A stretch of DNA of 64,000 bases from Hypanus sabinus (taxonomy: Eukaryota): assembly GCF_030144855.1 (NCBI RefSeq), contig NC_082729.1, forward strand, positions 22,816,001-22,880,000, read 5' to 3'. Positions 24,461-38,279 of the stretch are shown one piece after another. The notes under the pieces are model-generated. The model was not told where the DNA came from and made no database searches. It saw only the letters and a list, made by a program, of their open reading frames with translations. Position numbers and translations under genes: made by a program. Numbering within the stretch: position 1 is the first letter of the stretch; each line of letters begins with the position of its first letter.

Positions 24461-27400
24461 CAGGACTGCTTAACTGTTTGAATTGCTTGCTGCTCTTTAC
24501 TTTGTGTTCTTCCTTTAGATCGCATTCACAATTCAGGGAGCTGTCTTGTTATTTTTTCTGTTACGGACACCTGATAAAACGGCTGCGGCCACGTCAGTTC
24601 AACGCCTCAACTTTACCTTCTGAAGGACCTACTCGACCATATCATCTCCAGATCCAAAAAATTACAGTGGAATGATTTAATTAAACGCTTTTGCTGAGTT
24701 ATGTTAGTGACGGTGCACGTTGTGTTGGAGCAATGAACGATGCTAGCCGAGACAAAAGACATTCAGACTCGTCGGAGCGCGTCGGAGTCCCGATCATTCG
24801 GCCCATGCGCTCTTGCCAGATTCTCACATGCATTCTGGTCCAGTACAAAATTTGCTATCTGGGCAGGACGTTGATGGACATCTAGGTACATGGGTGAATG
24901 CCAGAGAAGAGGGGCATTTTCAGCACACATATTATTTGACAGAAGTTATAACCTTCCTCCTTGCTTTCATAAACGCCAGAAAACATATTTATGCCTTCTA
25001 AGCACCATTTCAAGGGAGTCTGAAAGAGAAGGGAATACTGTGTTCTGTTTTACTCTACTCTGCTTTAGTGAGGTTAAAATGTACTAGTGTGTATTGTGTT
25101 CGTTCAATTCTGATGCAGTGTGTCCCAATCAGCTGTGCACTGTCCTGTTCAATTTCGTTTCAATCTAGTCAAACGGGGTGAGGGAGTGCCAGTCAACGGG
25201 AATGAATTGCCCTCCGTGCAATAGGAGAAAATAGAACTCTATCGCCAATTTAGAGAAGAATTCCAGAGAAGTAGGAAAATGAGCAACTGAATTCTCCAGT
25301 TAAAACGCGTGAACATTTGATTGGCAGCTTGTATTTCAATATGAACAGCTATCAGACTTCACAAATTTAATGGCGAGATCAGAATGAAATATTCTACCAA
25401 AGACGAGTGCAAATACACGTGGCTGCTAGAGACGATTAAAAGAAAATGGGGGTCAGACCGAGAGAAGGCTTGGAGGAAACGAAGCAGTTGGGTGGACGGT
25501 CGTTGTGTTATCACAGCCATGACAGCGGGAGCGTAGTTCAGTTCCAAGGCCGACATGATGAATTATATCCTGTTGTTTGCGTGTGGCAGTCAACTGCTCG
25601 CTGCTCCGCCTCAGCGTTTGCTGTCGGAAGATGTCACCGAAGATCTGCGATTTATGGAACGGTCTCCGGATTCTTTCAGTTTTATGGGTTTTTTTATTCT
25701 GTCTTTTCGCCCTTTGTTTCTCGTTTTGGCGCCATTTGTCAGGTTTTTTCGCTGCGGGTGGGTTGAGGGTTGATGTTTTGGTCACGTTTGCGCGATTATT
25801 TTCACGTGGGGTGGTAATAATCGTGTGAGGGGTGTCTTTGAACAACCACCATGGTTTTATTTGTTTTGTGGCAATCTGGAGAAGTCACATCTCAGAGGTG
25901 TATACCACATGCATACTTCGATAATAAAAGAACCTTTGAACCTATAAAGACGGGATAGATCTGTCAACCGAACAGGCAAACAAGTGAAAAGGGAAAATTG
26001 TGAACAATTACGAAATCAGTGGGACAGAGAGAGTAAAAATCATCTGACCAGAAACTGAGCGAGTGAGGATACAAACGCCGGAGTGTGATCGAATCGAAAT
26101 GAACTACACAAAGCTCTGGAGTAAATTGAAAAAGGTCTCGGCCCCAGTCGTCGAGTCTTCATTCCTTTCCGTAGATGCTATCTGACCTGCTACGTCCCTC
26201 AGCGTTGAATGTATGTGTTATAAACGAGCACACCGGGAGCCTCAGGGAGGCAGGCCTATCTTTGCTCCTTTCCCTTGGGATACGCCCTCTATATCGGACA
26301 ACAATCCAAAGCAGCGCTTCTATCAGTAACCTGACGACTTGCAGAATGGACATGGTATGGATGCTACAGCACCTCCAGTGATCCAAGTGATGGGGGCAAT
26401 GCTGAGGACATAGGACTGGCTGCTATGCCTCGAGTTGTTTCAGTTGTGATGGTCTTGAGTTCGCTGTTCGCAAAACTCTAAACTCGAAAGAAGATTGTAA
26501 GCCCTATCCGATATAGATATCTACAGGTACTCTCACTTCAGGAGGTTATACGGTATCCACATACTCTTCAAAACTAGCTTACTGATATCTGCTTCAATGA
26601 TGCTTCTCCCCTCCCTACCAAGAAGGAATTACTTACAGCTAACGAAGTGATTTAAACACAGAATATTTCATTCTAATGATAAAGGCCTAAGTTCAGATCT
26701 GCAATTCTTAACACACATTTAACACTCAGAGAAGATTTCATATTTATAAAAGATTTCCGAATTACTAAAGATTTACAAACTCCAAAGGATCTCTAAACAC
26801 AGGTGCGAACTGAAGGGACATACCAACGAGTTACAGATGAACGAGTCGTCCATTGGAGAAAGCAAAGGCTCAGGAATGAATTTTAATTCTCTTTTCTGTT
26901 ACCCCGTCTCTCTGTTATTCTCCTTGTCATTCATAACAACCCCAAATTACTTATAATATGTATAGTGCTTTGCTACTATTTAGCATTATTTGCATGTGAT
27001 ATTTTTGAAATACCATTGCTGGGACAAAGTAATTCACAGAGATGGCCCAAAAGCTTCTAAGACAATGCTGCAAGTAACAACTGCAGTTGTCTGCTTTAAT
27101 GTAGGCCAGTTAATATGGTCCCGTTGTCTTGCGTTTGGCTGATGCAGAAAAGAGCTTCTTGGGCACGTCACTTTGCAAACCACATTTCCTATCAGGCAGC
27201 GAATCCAAAACCTCCTTAGTACAACCCGGCCTTTGGCAAGCAGCCTTTGCTCTGTAAAACGGTTTGCAAAGCTGTGCTTTTAACTTCAAACTGACTGCAA
27301 TTTACATTGAGCAGCAAAAACTAGCTTGTGTCTACAACAAGAAGCTGAACGAGGTCTACTGGCCATACGCTTAACTGCCTTGCAAGCAAGACAAACCCTT

Positions 27401-28084
27401 TGGAAAGGTCATGCTGTGCCGGAATGCTGGGGTTAGTAATACACCTCTTGAACTCGGAAAATCAATATCCATCAAACTATAAAGATCAAACAAGTGAAGC
27501 TGTGCAGCAATTGTCTGATCAAATGAGATGAGTGTTTTGTCACGAACCAGTTAAACACAATAAAAAATAATAATTCAACCAGAGAGTTTTCACTTCCTAA
27601 AAAGAAAGTTCAGAAACTTGTGCTGAACTTCTGTGTTTTAGAAATATATATTCAACCTGCATCCATATGATGACATTCAACTTATGGCCGCGGAATGGTC
27701 TCCCCTCCCCAACCCAGAACAGACAGTTGACTCATAGAGTTGATATTGACATAAGGCATGATTTGCAAAATCTGCAGAGTGGTTGGAATGCCGTTACGCT
27801 GTGGTTGAATGAACTGAATCCGACACTAACAGGATGGAAAAACAGCAGCTGACTGCCACCAAAAGAATTCCGTTGTCATTACTGATAGTGAGGGCGTATT
27901 CTGGAGTTATGGTATATAGCAAATAGTAATTTCAACAGCAGCCAGTCGTCACACCCGAATGTGGATGGTAGATTGAAACTAAACAATGATCCTCCTGGAA
28001 GTATCTATTTGGCGTTGCGGGGAAAAGGGAAGCACGACATTGCACCTTAGATTCCTGCATATGCATGAATGCGGCCCAGAGTCT

Positions 28085-29455
28085 GAGGAAATCTGCAAAT
28101 GCTGGAAATTCAAGCAACACACACACAATGATGGTGGTACGCAGCAGGCCAGGCAGAATCTATAGGAAGAAGCACAGTAGACGTTTCGGTCCGAGACCCT
28201 TCGTCAGGACTAACTGAAAGACGAGATAGTAAGAGATTTGAAAGTGGGAGGGGGATGGGGAGATCTGGAATGATAGGAGAAGACAGGAGGGGAGAGATGA
28301 AGCTAAGAGCTGGAAAGTTGATTGGCAAAATGGATACAGAACTGGAGAAGGGAGAGAATCATGTGACAGGAGACCTGGGTGGGGGAGGGGAGAAGTGGGG
28401 AGGGGATCACCAGAGGAAGATGGAGAGCAGGCAAGGAGTTATTGTGAGAGGGACACAGAAAGGGAAAAAGGGGGGGGGGGGGGGAAATAATTAATTAATT
28501 AATAGAGAGATAGATAGATATCTTTTTACATCTTGACCGTAGAGGAGGCCATGGGTTGACATATCAGAATGGGAATGGGAATGGGATGTGGAATTAAAAT
28601 CTGTAGCCACTGGGAGATCCTGCTTTCTCTGGCGGACAGAGCGTAGGTGTTCAGCGAAACCGTCTCCCAGCCTGCGTCGGGGCTCACAAATATACAGAAG
28701 ACCGCACTGGGAGCACCGGACGCAGTATATCACACCAGCCGACTCACAAGTGAAGTGTCGCCTCACCCGGAAGGACTATCTGGGCCCCTGAGTGGTGATG
28801 AGGGAGGAAGTGTAAGGGCAGGTGTAGCACTTGTTCCGCTTACAAGGATAACTGCCGGGAGGGAGATCGGTGGGAGGGGATGGAGGGACGGGACGAATGG
28901 ACAAGAGAGTCACGTAGGGAGCGATCCCTGTGGAAAGCTGAAAAAGGAACAGAGGGAAAGATGTGTTTGGTGATAGGATCTCGTTGGTGGTGGCAGAAGT
29001 TACGATGAATTATATGTTGGACCCGGAGGCTGGTGAGTGGTAGGTGAGGACAAGGGGAAACCTATCCCTAGTGGTGTGGCGGAAGGATGGGGTGAGAGCA
29101 GATGTGCGTGAAATGGAAGAAATACGTTTGAGAGCAGAGTTGATGGTGGAGGAAGGGAAGCCCCTTTCTTTAAAAAAGGAAGGCATCTACTTCGTCCTGG
29201 AATGAAAAGTCTCATCCTGAGAGCAGATGCGGCGGAGACAGAGGAATTTCGAGAAGGGGATGGCATTTTTGCAAGAGACAGGGTGGGAACAGTAATAGAG
29301 GAATAGTCCAGGTAGCTTTGAGAGTCCATAGGCTTATAGTAGACATCAGTAGATAAGCTGTCTCCAGAGACAGAGACAGAAAGATCAAGAAAGGGGAGGG
29401 AGGTATCGGAAATGGGCCAGGTAATTTTGAGAGCAGGGTAAAAGTTGGAGGCATT
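28085..29455 (-). mobile_element. Penelope-like retroelement 3' half with GIY-YIG endonuclease and hammerhead tail
   Basis: FTCESAGVIYCVRCSQCGLLYICE..RRLGDGFAEHLRSV; LPFLDL-like RT thumb remnants; frameshifted. Confidence 0.9.
28175..28212 (-). ncRNA. Minimal type I hammerhead ribozyme motif (best-preserved copy)
   Basis: UAGUC-CUGACGA-AGGGUCUCGGACC-GAAA-CG-UC-UACUG; both catalytic boxes intact; one mismatch in stem I. Confidence 0.7.
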
Positions 29456-29679
29456 AGGGCGCCGGTGTGGCCTTGGACAGTTTTAACTACCCATTGTAGA
29501 GGCCTCCTGTCCGCCTCAATTCGTTCCTTGTTCCTGCATCAGCAACAAGAGATATATATAAGAAAGGAGACAGTACAAACGAGTTAAAGATTGAGGGTAA
29601 CTGTTTTCTTGGAGTTATGGAGACATTCGATGCAGAAAGGAAGAAGAATAGTAAATGCATTAAAATACATTCACTGTAA

Positions 29680-30700
29680 ATTTCAGTCTGGGTGAAGAAG
29701 GAAAATGCGATCTTTGCATTCATTTCAAGAGGACTAAAATATAAAAACAAGGATGGCATGTTGAAACTTTATAAAGCACTGGTGAGGCCACACAGAGGAC
29801 TATAGGACAGATTTGGGCCCCTTATCCGAAAACGAATCTGCTGACACTGGAGAGGGTTCAAAGGAGACTCAGAAAAAGGATTCTAGGCTTGAGCAGCTTG
29901 TCCTATGAAGAGCGGTGGATGGCTCTTCACTTAGATTCGTAAGAATGAGGGATGACCTAATTGAAACCTATGGAATGGTGAAATGTCTTTGGAGTGTGTG
30001 TAGAGAGGATATTTCCTATGTTGGGAGACACTAGGACTAGAGGGCATAATCTCAGAATAAAATTGCTTCCTTTTAGAACGTAGATGAGGAGGAATTTCTG
30101 CAGCAAGAATGGTGAATTTGTGGAGTTCCTTCCCACAGATAGCTGTGCGGTCAAGTCTTTACATATGTTTAAGGTGGAGATTAATAGATTCTTGATTGGT
30201 TAAGGCATGAAGAGATACGAGTAGTAGGTACTAGATTAGGGCTGTGAGGGATAATGGTTCAGCAATGTTGAATGGTGGAACAGACTCGATGCTTCTATGT
30301 CTTGCGGTAAATAGTAAGTGCATTTCAATGAAGATAATACACATCCGCTTTTCAATAAATTAAGTCGTATTGGCAAATAGAAGCATTTTGGCAGTTGCTG
30401 ATGGCCCGCAGCTGGAATACTGCTATACTTACCTGAGGAAAGGTGTGCTGGCTTTGTTACCGCTGCAGAGGAGGTTCATTCGGTTGATTCCGGAGATGAG
30501 GGCCGTTAGCCTGAAAGGAGAGACTGAGTCACCTGGCACTATATTCGCTGGACTGCAAACTAATGAGAGAGCAACTTATGGGAACATGCAAAGTTATGGA
30601 AGGAATAGATGGAGTCAGAAATGTCGTTTCCATTTGCAAGTGAGATCAGAACCAGAAACACAGCCTCAAGATTCATGAGTATAGTTTTATGACGGAGATG
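29680..30700 (+). mobile_element. Two CR1 3' fragments
   Basis: ctttataaagcactggtgaggcc (LYKALVRP); PQLEYC. Confidence 0.8.
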
Positions 30701-30909
30701 ACATCTGTTTTTAGACTGCTTTTTAGCTGATTCAGCAGAACATTGTTAACCAAATTGCTTGTACATGTCCCATGCCGTCCTATCATCTAAACTGTTTTCC
30801 CCTCGGATAGTAGTGTATCTGTCCACTTCTCTGCTCATGGAAGCAGTAGAGGCATTTATTTAAAACAAGGTGGTTAAGAGAGAGCTTTGCATAGCATGTA
30901 ACTAGTGAA

Positions 30910-31385
30910 AAACGAGAGCAAAGCTATAATACTGAGGTTGTGTTCATGGGTTGATTGCCCGTTCAAAAATCTGATAGTGGACTGTGTGGAGTGGGGTATA
31001 AGCTTTTCCTAAAACATACTGTGTCTCCAGGTTCGGCTTTCAGCCTGTCTGATAGTAGCAATGAAAAGAGAGCATGTGCTGGGTGGTGCATCCTTAATGA
31101 AGGCTGCTGCCTATTCGAGACATCAACTTTTAAATATGTCCTCAATGCTGGGGAGACTAGTGTGCATAGCGCAGCTGTCTGAGTTGACAACCCTCTGGAT
31201 ATTTTTCCGATCCTGTGCACTGGCCCTTCAAACCAGGTTGTAATGCAACTAGTTAGAGTTCTCTCGACGGTACATGTGTACTAATATGCCAGGCACCTCG
31301 GTGACATATCAAATCTCCGTAAACTCCAATGAAGTATAGTTGTTGGCGTACCTTATTCGTACCTGCGTCAATGCATTGGGTCCAG
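30910..31385 (-). mobile_element. Rex/Babar-like 3' fragment
   Basis: HHPAHALFSLL on the - strand. Confidence 0.7.
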
Positions 31386-31394
31386 CTTCATAAT

Positions 31395-33590
31395 ACCATT
31401 AGATTCAAAGGAAATGTGAAAAAGAGTGGATATGACTGGCTGGTCGAGGATCAAAATTGGAGAACGGCAAATTTTCATGGTATTAGGAAGGATGTAGCAA
31501 GTGTGAATTTGAAATGCTGGTTTCGGACAAAGGTGTTCCTGGTAAGTAGGAGGCCTTCAAAAGTGACATTTCCAGAAGACAAAGCTGCTATTTGTCTGTC
31601 GGAATAAAAGGTAAAGGTGGCAGGTTTAGGGAGCCTTGGTTTTCAAGTGGTTTTGATGCCCTGGTTAAGAAAAGAAAATGGGATGCATACCAGACAAGGG
31701 CAAATAGGAACAAATAAGTTAATTACGGAGTATCAGGAATGCAAAATAACACTTAATAAAGAAATCAAAAGGGCTAAGTGAAGGCATGAGCTTGTCGTAG
31801 TAGCCAAGGTGAAGTAGAATCCTAAGGAACACTACAAATATGTTAAGGGCCAAAGGATCGCAAGGAACAAAATCGGTCCCCAAAAAGATCAGAATGGTAA
31901 TCTATGCTTGGAGCCAGAAGAGATGCGGGAGGTGTTAAATTGGTTGTTTGCATTTGTATTAATTCGGTAGATGGTATCGAGAAATGAGACAAACCAGAGG
32001 CCGGCTCGTGGAACATGTACTGTTTACAGAGGATGAGGTCATCCCTGTCTTGAGACAAATGAGGGTTAAAAATTCCCCGGGGCCTGAACCTGTGCTCCTC
32101 ACACTGTATGGAAGGCAAATGCTGAAAATGTAGGGTCCCTAGCAGAGATATTTAAATTATCCTCCTGGGCAGGTGATATGCCGGAGAATTGGAGGATAGC
32201 GAATGCTGTTCTGCTGTCTATGAAAGGCACTAAAAGAAACCCCGGAAGTGATAGGCTGGTGAATCTGACGTCAGTACTGGGAAAGGTATTCTGAGATCCC
32301 GGATATATGAGTATATGGACAGACAGGATTTAAGGAGACTCTGCATAGCTTTGTGCGTGGTAGAGGGGTCTCAGTTATCTTATGGAGATTTTCGAGCAAG
32401 TTACTACGAAAGTTGATGAAAGCAAGGCAGTGGATGTGGTCTACATGGATTTAGCAAGATATTTGACAAGGTCCCACATGGGAGATTGGTCAAGCAGGTT
32501 CAGTCTCTTGATATTGAAGATAAGATAGTAAATTCGATTGGCCATTGACTATGTGAAAGAAGACACATATATTTTCAGTCGATGATTGCCTTTCTGACTG
32601 AGCCCCTGTGACTTTTGGGGTACCGAAGGGATCGATGCTGTGTCCGTCATTGTTTTCCATCTGTATCAACGATATGGGTGATAAAATGGTTTGCTGAATC
32701 AATAAATTTGCGGATGACCCCAAGACGGGATGTCTTGCACAGTGAGGAAGACATTCAGAGCTTGCAGCGACATCGGATCAGCTACAAAAATAAGCTTAAA
32801 ATGCAGGTGGAATTTAATGCAGGCAAGTGCGAGGTGTTGCACTTCGAGAGGGCTCGCTGAGGTACGTCTTACTCTGTGAACGGTAGAGTACTGGAGACCG
32901 TGGCAGAATAAATGGATTGGGAAAATGGTCCATTATTCATTAAAAGTGGCGGCACTGGTGGATAGGACCGTAAAGGGAGCTTTCCCTTCCCTATTAAATA
33001 CAGGAGATGGAATGTTATGCTGAGGTTGTATGAGACCTTAGTGAGGCCTAACTTAGAGTATCATGTTTTGCTCACCTACCTACAGGAAAGATGTAAACAA
33101 AGTTGAAGAAGTACAGAGAAAATTCACAAGGATATTGCGGGAACTGGAGGACACGAGTTTAAACCAAAAATTGTCTCTGGTAGGACTTCATCCCTTGGAA
33201 CGTAGGAGACTCGGCAGAGATTTGACGAGATGTACAAAATTATGGAGGCTTATAAATAGTGTAAACGCAAACAGGATCTTTCCACTGAGGTTGGGTGGAA
33301 CTGCAACTTGAGGTCATAAGTTGAGCGTGAAAGTTGAAAAGTTTAAGGGGACATTGGGGAAGTCTTCTTCACTCAGGGGGTCGTGGAAGAATGGAATGAT
33401 CTTCCAGAGCAGGTCGTATATGCCAGTTCTATTTCAGCGATTAGGAGACGTTTGGATAAAACCATGAATGGTATGGGTATGGAGATCTATGGCCCAGGTG
33501 CAGTTCGATGGAAGTAGACAGTTTAAATGGTTGGGCACGGACTAGATGGCCCGAAGGCCCGATGTTTCTGTGCTGTAGTTTTCAATGACT
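31395..33590 (+). mobile_element. Decayed CR1 ORF2 (tether, RT, 3' UTR)
   Basis: Colinear with 6150-9830; KFADD near 32705; tail ctgtgctgtagttttcaatgactcta. Confidence 0.9.
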
Positions 33591-33599
33591 CTAGGATAG

Positions 33600-34400
33600 A
33601 TCTTCAGAGATTTTGTATCCAGAGCCTTGAAACTACTCACCCTTTCCACTGCTGACCCATCGATAATGATAGGTGTCTGCCTCCCTGACCTCCCATTCTT
33701 GAAGCCCTCAACCAATTCTTTGGTCTTACGGACGTTGAGTACAAGGTCGTTGGTGCGAAACAACTCGACCAGCTGAACGATCTCGCTCTCCTACGCCCCC
33801 TCGTCTCCATCTGAGATTCTACCCACAATAATCGTGCCTGTGTTAATTGACAGCGAGAAGGAGGTATTATTTCTGATTGGTAGGAGTGAGTACAGAGACC
33901 CAGGTTTTGTATCTTGTTGATTAGCTCTGAAGGTGGGTTGGTGTTGAGTGCCGAACTGTATTCAATAAACATCAACCTGACGTAGGTATTGTTGGTGTCC
34001 AGAACGTCGAAGACCCAATACTGAGCCAAAAAGTCTGCACCCTCTGCAGATCTATTCTGGCTGTAGGGAAATTACAGTTGTTCCACGGCCTTTCTTAGGC
34101 AGGAGCTGACTCTGGCCGTGACCAAACTCTCAAAGCACTTCTTCATAATGGAAGTAAGTGCCTTTGGGCAATGGACGTATATACATTTCACCCTGCTCTT
34201 CTTGGGCACCGTATGCTTTATGACTTTATGAAGCAGGTGAGAACGCCCGACTGTATGAGTGAGCCATTGAAGATGTCCTTGAATACTCCAACCATTTGGC
34301 CGGCACAGGCTCCCAGTACCCTTCCAGTTACACCATCGGAGCCTGATATCTTGCGCGGACTCGCTGCCGAAAAATTTTCTGACGTCGCCAAGATCAGACG
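33600..34400 (-). mobile_element. Rex/Babar-like RT fragment
   Basis: ALTSIMKKCFESLV, YVRLMFIEYSSALNT, LVLNVRKTKELV. Confidence 0.8.
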
Positions 34401-34639
34401 CGATGTTAATTAATTTCCGGAGCAGTCTCAATTGACTCAGCANNNNNNNNNNNNNNNNNNNNNNNNNNNNNNNNNNNNNNNNNNNNNNNNNNNNNNNNNN
34501 NNNNNNNNNNNNNNNNNNNNNNNNNNNNNNNNNNNNNNNNNNNNNNNNNNNNNNNNNNNNNNNNNNNNNNNNNNNNNNNNNNNNNNNNNNNNNNNNNNNN
34601 NNNNNNNNNNNNNNNNNNNNNNNNNTTCTATCTCACTAA

Positions 34640-34830
34640 TAAACTACAATGCAAAAGTCCACGCGCGGCGATAAAACAAGACAGAACAGATTCTAAACTC
34701 GACAAAGCAACAAGGTCACTGAAAGCTAAGAGCAAATGTTTGAGGCTGATTCGTGTGAGTGAACAAGGACTGCGGATGAGAGATTGATATAAATTGGCCG
34801 CAGGAGATGATTTGGAAACGAGTAGCAGGT
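34640..34830 (-). pseudogene. Possible very decayed GPCR N-terminus/TM1 remnant
   Basis: Clear nucleotide homology to 61140-61250 (aaggtcactgaaagct); weak peptide similarity SPAANLYQS versus SRSADLFNS. Confidence 0.35.
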
Positions 34831-35599
34831 GACTCCTGTTAGTTGTGTCGGGATTGGAAGGTGCCTGCCAGTGTAGACGTAACACTGTCTCTGCGAATCT
34901 CTGTCCTATTTCGATCTCTATCTCTAACTCTGTCTGTCGCTATCTCTATTTATATACCTGTCTCTAAATCTCTGTCTGTCTGTCTCTATCAGTTACACTC
35001 GTACGTCCTAATGAAGTATAAAATGTTAACCTTTTCCTTACAACACTCGATCCATTGTATTAAGTCACCTCCTGTGACCCACATCCGAGGATCTGTTGTT
35101 CATTGTAAATAAACCTCCAGAATCTTTGGATTATATCCACACCAAGAGATGTTCCTGAACATGCCAACACAAATATTCTGTAGTTTTCTTCGCCCGCTGA
35201 TCTGGTGGTTAAAGAGTTAAGTTGAATATGGAACGGTGACAACAAATGTTCGAAGCCAAAGAAAGAACAATGCCCTATACGGAAAATAAGTTGACTTTTG
35301 GACTTAAAATTATTGGCACAGAATCTGGAAATTTTTGGGAGATATCCAGAGAAATGTAAATGAAAAGTCCTGGCAATGAACTTGAGAGGGACAACTCGGG
35401 AGAATAGCCATCTTAGAAAGAAGCCAGAGCTCCGGGACACAGAGACGCACTCAATAAGTCGGATCTTGGCCTGAGTTATAGGGAGCGACTGAGATACAAG
35501 AGGTAAGTTTGGGGAGGGAGGAAACGAAATTGGCAGTTTTGACATAGAAGTGTTAACGGGTCTTGTTTGTAAGTACATCATGAATCTTCGAGTTGTTCG

Positions 35600-36280
35600 G
35601 AAGTAATCACGTTAATAAATCGTGGGGCTTCAGGAATATTGACGAGCAGGGACCTCGGTGCACAAGAGTAGGACACACACCATGTATGGTGGGGAATCTT
35701 GTGGAGCAGCGGGACTTTGGTGTACAAGAGTTAGAAACACGCCGTAAATGGTGTGGAAAGTTGCAGAGCACAGGGACCATTGTGTACAAGTGTAGGATGC
35801 ACACCATATATGGTTGGGATTACTGAGGAACAGAGAGACCTCGGTGTTCAAAGATAGGGCACACACCTTGCATAGTACGTAGTATTGAGGAACATGGGGC
35901 CTCACTGTAGAATGGTGGTATCCCACAATGAATGGTATGGAGTGTTGAGGGGCAGAGGATCGCGGTGTACAAGGGTAGGACACACGGCATGAATGGTGGG
36001 GAGTGTTGAGAATCAGAGGGACCTCGGCGAACAAGAGTAGGATACGCACTGTGAATGGCGGGGCGTCGTGAGAAACATAGGAACATCAGCGCACAGCGAT
36101 AGCATTCACACAATGAATAGTATTGAGTGTTAAGGGATAGAGGAAGTAAGGGTATGACATGCATCATGAACGAGGGGGAATATTGAGAATCAGTGGGATC
36201 TCGGTATACAACAGCAGGGCACGCGCCGTGAATGATGGTGACTATTGAGGGACAGAAGCACCCATGTGTAGAAGTCCAGT
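35600..36280 (+). repeat. About 61-62-bp minisatellite, about 11 copies, derived from CR1 ORF2
   Basis: gggacctcggtg-type anchors near 35649, 35711, 35773, 35835 and onward; CR1 sequence continues to about 36800. Confidence 0.85.
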
Positions 36281-37040
36281 GATTACCGAGAAAGGTAGCG
36301 CAGGTGAAGAAGGCATTCGGGATATTGCCTCCAACACAGGGCAAAGAATATAAAAGTGGACTGGTTATGCTACAACTGTTGGTCAGCCCACTGCTGCAGT
36401 ACTGTTTACAGTCTGTTCACCACACTGCAGGAAGGAGGTGACTGTTTCGGAAAGGTTTCAGAGGAGAGTCTGAAGGGCGTTGCCCGAGATGGAACGTTTT
36501 GGGTGGGAGGAGAGACCAGAGAGGCTGGGTCGGTTTTCCCTGGAGCGGAAGAGGCTGGGGGGAGCTGATAGAGGTGGGTAGTACGATGAGCGGCAGAGAT
36601 AGGATGAGAGAAGGAACTTTTCCCCGTGGAAAAAGCCAGAACCCAGGGAATACGGACAGTGTGATGGGTGTAGAGGAAATCTGAAGGGGATGGAGACTTT
36701 CCCCCTCCCCCAGTTGTGGAAGGCTAGACTTTGGAACGCACTGCCTAAGTAGGTAGTGGAACAGGTAGAAACGGAGACGCGTTGAATTAACTGGAACGCC
36801 AGTTGGAAGTCTGAGGCAATGGAAGGAACGCTCACAGTGTGAGAAGAGGTGTGGGTGTGCCACGCCCTGGAAGGGTGGTGAGGAGCGTTACGCTACAGGA
36901 GGGAGCTCCGTGCTGCGAGTGGATATGAGGGAGGGTGTCTAGGCAAGAGTTGGTGAAGAATGAGGGTTAGGATTATTGAGGATGTCAGAGGCAGGATTTG
37001 GTTTAGGACTAGGGTTAGGATTAGGGTGTAATGATGTGGG

Positions 37041-37595
37041 CACTCAGTGGCCATTTTATATAGTATCTACTGTACCTAACAAAGTGGCCACTGTTTGTTC
37101 CTGGTCTTCTGCTGCTGTAGCCAAACAAATTCAAGGATCGGCGTGCTATGCATTCGGAGATGTTCTTCTACCTACCACTGTTGGAAGGCGGGTTTATTTG
37201 AAGTTCTTTCGCCTTCCCGTCAGCTGAACCACCATCGCTATTCTCCTTTGATCTCTCTCATTAACAAGGCGTTTCGCCAATAGTACTGCCGCTTACTGGA
37301 TCTTTATTGTCCTTCGCATGAAATCTCTGTAAATTCTAGAGACTGTTATGCACGACATATCCAGGAGATCGCTAGTTTCTGGGATTCTCAAACCACCCCG
37401 TCTAGCACCAATGATAACCCCACGGTCAAAGTCACTTACACCACATTTCATCCGAATTCTGCTGTTTGAGCACAATTGAACCTATTGACCATGTCTCCAT
37501 GCTCTTATGCATTGTTTTGCTGCCATTGCATTATGTGTTTAGATATATGCATTAACGAGCAGGTATACAGATGTACCTAATAGATTGGCCAGAGT
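37041..37595 (-). mobile_element. Tc1/mariner deletion derivative carrying the transposase N-terminal HTH
   Basis: TIR-like cactcagtggccatttta...taatagattggccagagt; SDFDRGVIIGARRGGLRIPETSDLL...TVSRIYR. Confidence 0.8.
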
Positions 37596-37769
37596 TAGAT
37601 GATAAACAGCAATTGTCCCAGCCCCAATCCTTGTGTCACACCAGTTGTTACTGGCTTGCAACCAAATGAACAGCAATCTGCTTTCACTCTCTGTATCCTC
37701 CACGAACTCGAAGTCCATTCGAATTGGCCACTTCATCCTTAATGCCAAGCAAATTAACCCTTCTTGGAT

Positions 37770-37890
37770 CTGTATTCCCCTGTTCGACACAGAGGGAAGC
37801 TCCTTCCACATTGTACCATTACCCATCTCAGGGTAAGAAACAGACTGAAGCTCCTCCACAAGGTCATATGTTCACGGGTTAGGCACAAAG
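37770..37890 (-). repeat. About 2 units of the 52-bp satellite immediately upstream of promoter 2
   Basis: gacacagagggaagctccttccacattgtaccattac. Confidence 0.75.
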
Positions 37891-38002
37891 CTTCATTGTC
37901 TCTGTTACTTCTCGGATATAAAGTAAATATTTGTTGTTCTCTGCAGAGTGAGTTCAGCGTTATCTCCTGGTGTCATCGATCTAACTTCCTCAGACTGAGC
38001 TG
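37890..38002 (+). promoter_or_regulatory. Predicted promoter of GPCR gene 2 (PU.1/ETS core)
   Basis: ACTTCCTC 37984-37991 within tctcctggtgtcatcgatctaacttcctcagactgagctg, a block shared with the other copies. Confidence 0.65.
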
Positions 38003-38213
38003 CTTCCAGCTTTGAATCTTCGGGGTGTACTCCGAAGGTGGACTGAGCCATCTCCCAATCTTTAATCTGGACATCTCCTGCACCAGCATCATCATACCTC
38101 CTGGATCTGCATAGTTCTTCTTCAAGACTGGGTCCTCGTGGAAAATTTGGGATCTGAGTCCAACTGTTCCGATCTGGCCAGGAGGTCGGTCTGAGCTGGA
38201 GATTCTGGGGAAG
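38003..38213 (+). other. Predicted non-coding exon 1 of gene 2 (donor GT at 38214; intron 38214-43142)
   Basis: gagattctGGGGAAG|GTGAGCTG; an in-frame upstream TGA indicates it is UTR; 5' end approximate. Confidence 0.75.
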
Positions 38214-38279
38214 GTGAGCTGGATCTCGATGGAGAGCAGGGTTCGTGATTAATGTTCATTTGGAAAGGCAGTATTTGAT

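Noticed and set aside
35060-35581. 173-aa ORF (-) and a perfect AG|GTAAGT donor at 35503 (+)
   Set aside because: No recognisable domain; one such 8-mer is expected by chance in 64 kb and has no paralogous support
36960-37030. Telomere-like (TTAGGG) run
   Set aside because: Only a few degenerate units; simple low-complexity sequence
37930-37946. Splice-acceptor-like ttgttgttctctgcag giving a 267-nt coding exon
   Set aside because: In-frame TGA before the donor; the sequence is part of the promoter block and the AG is not kept in the 15.3-kb copy
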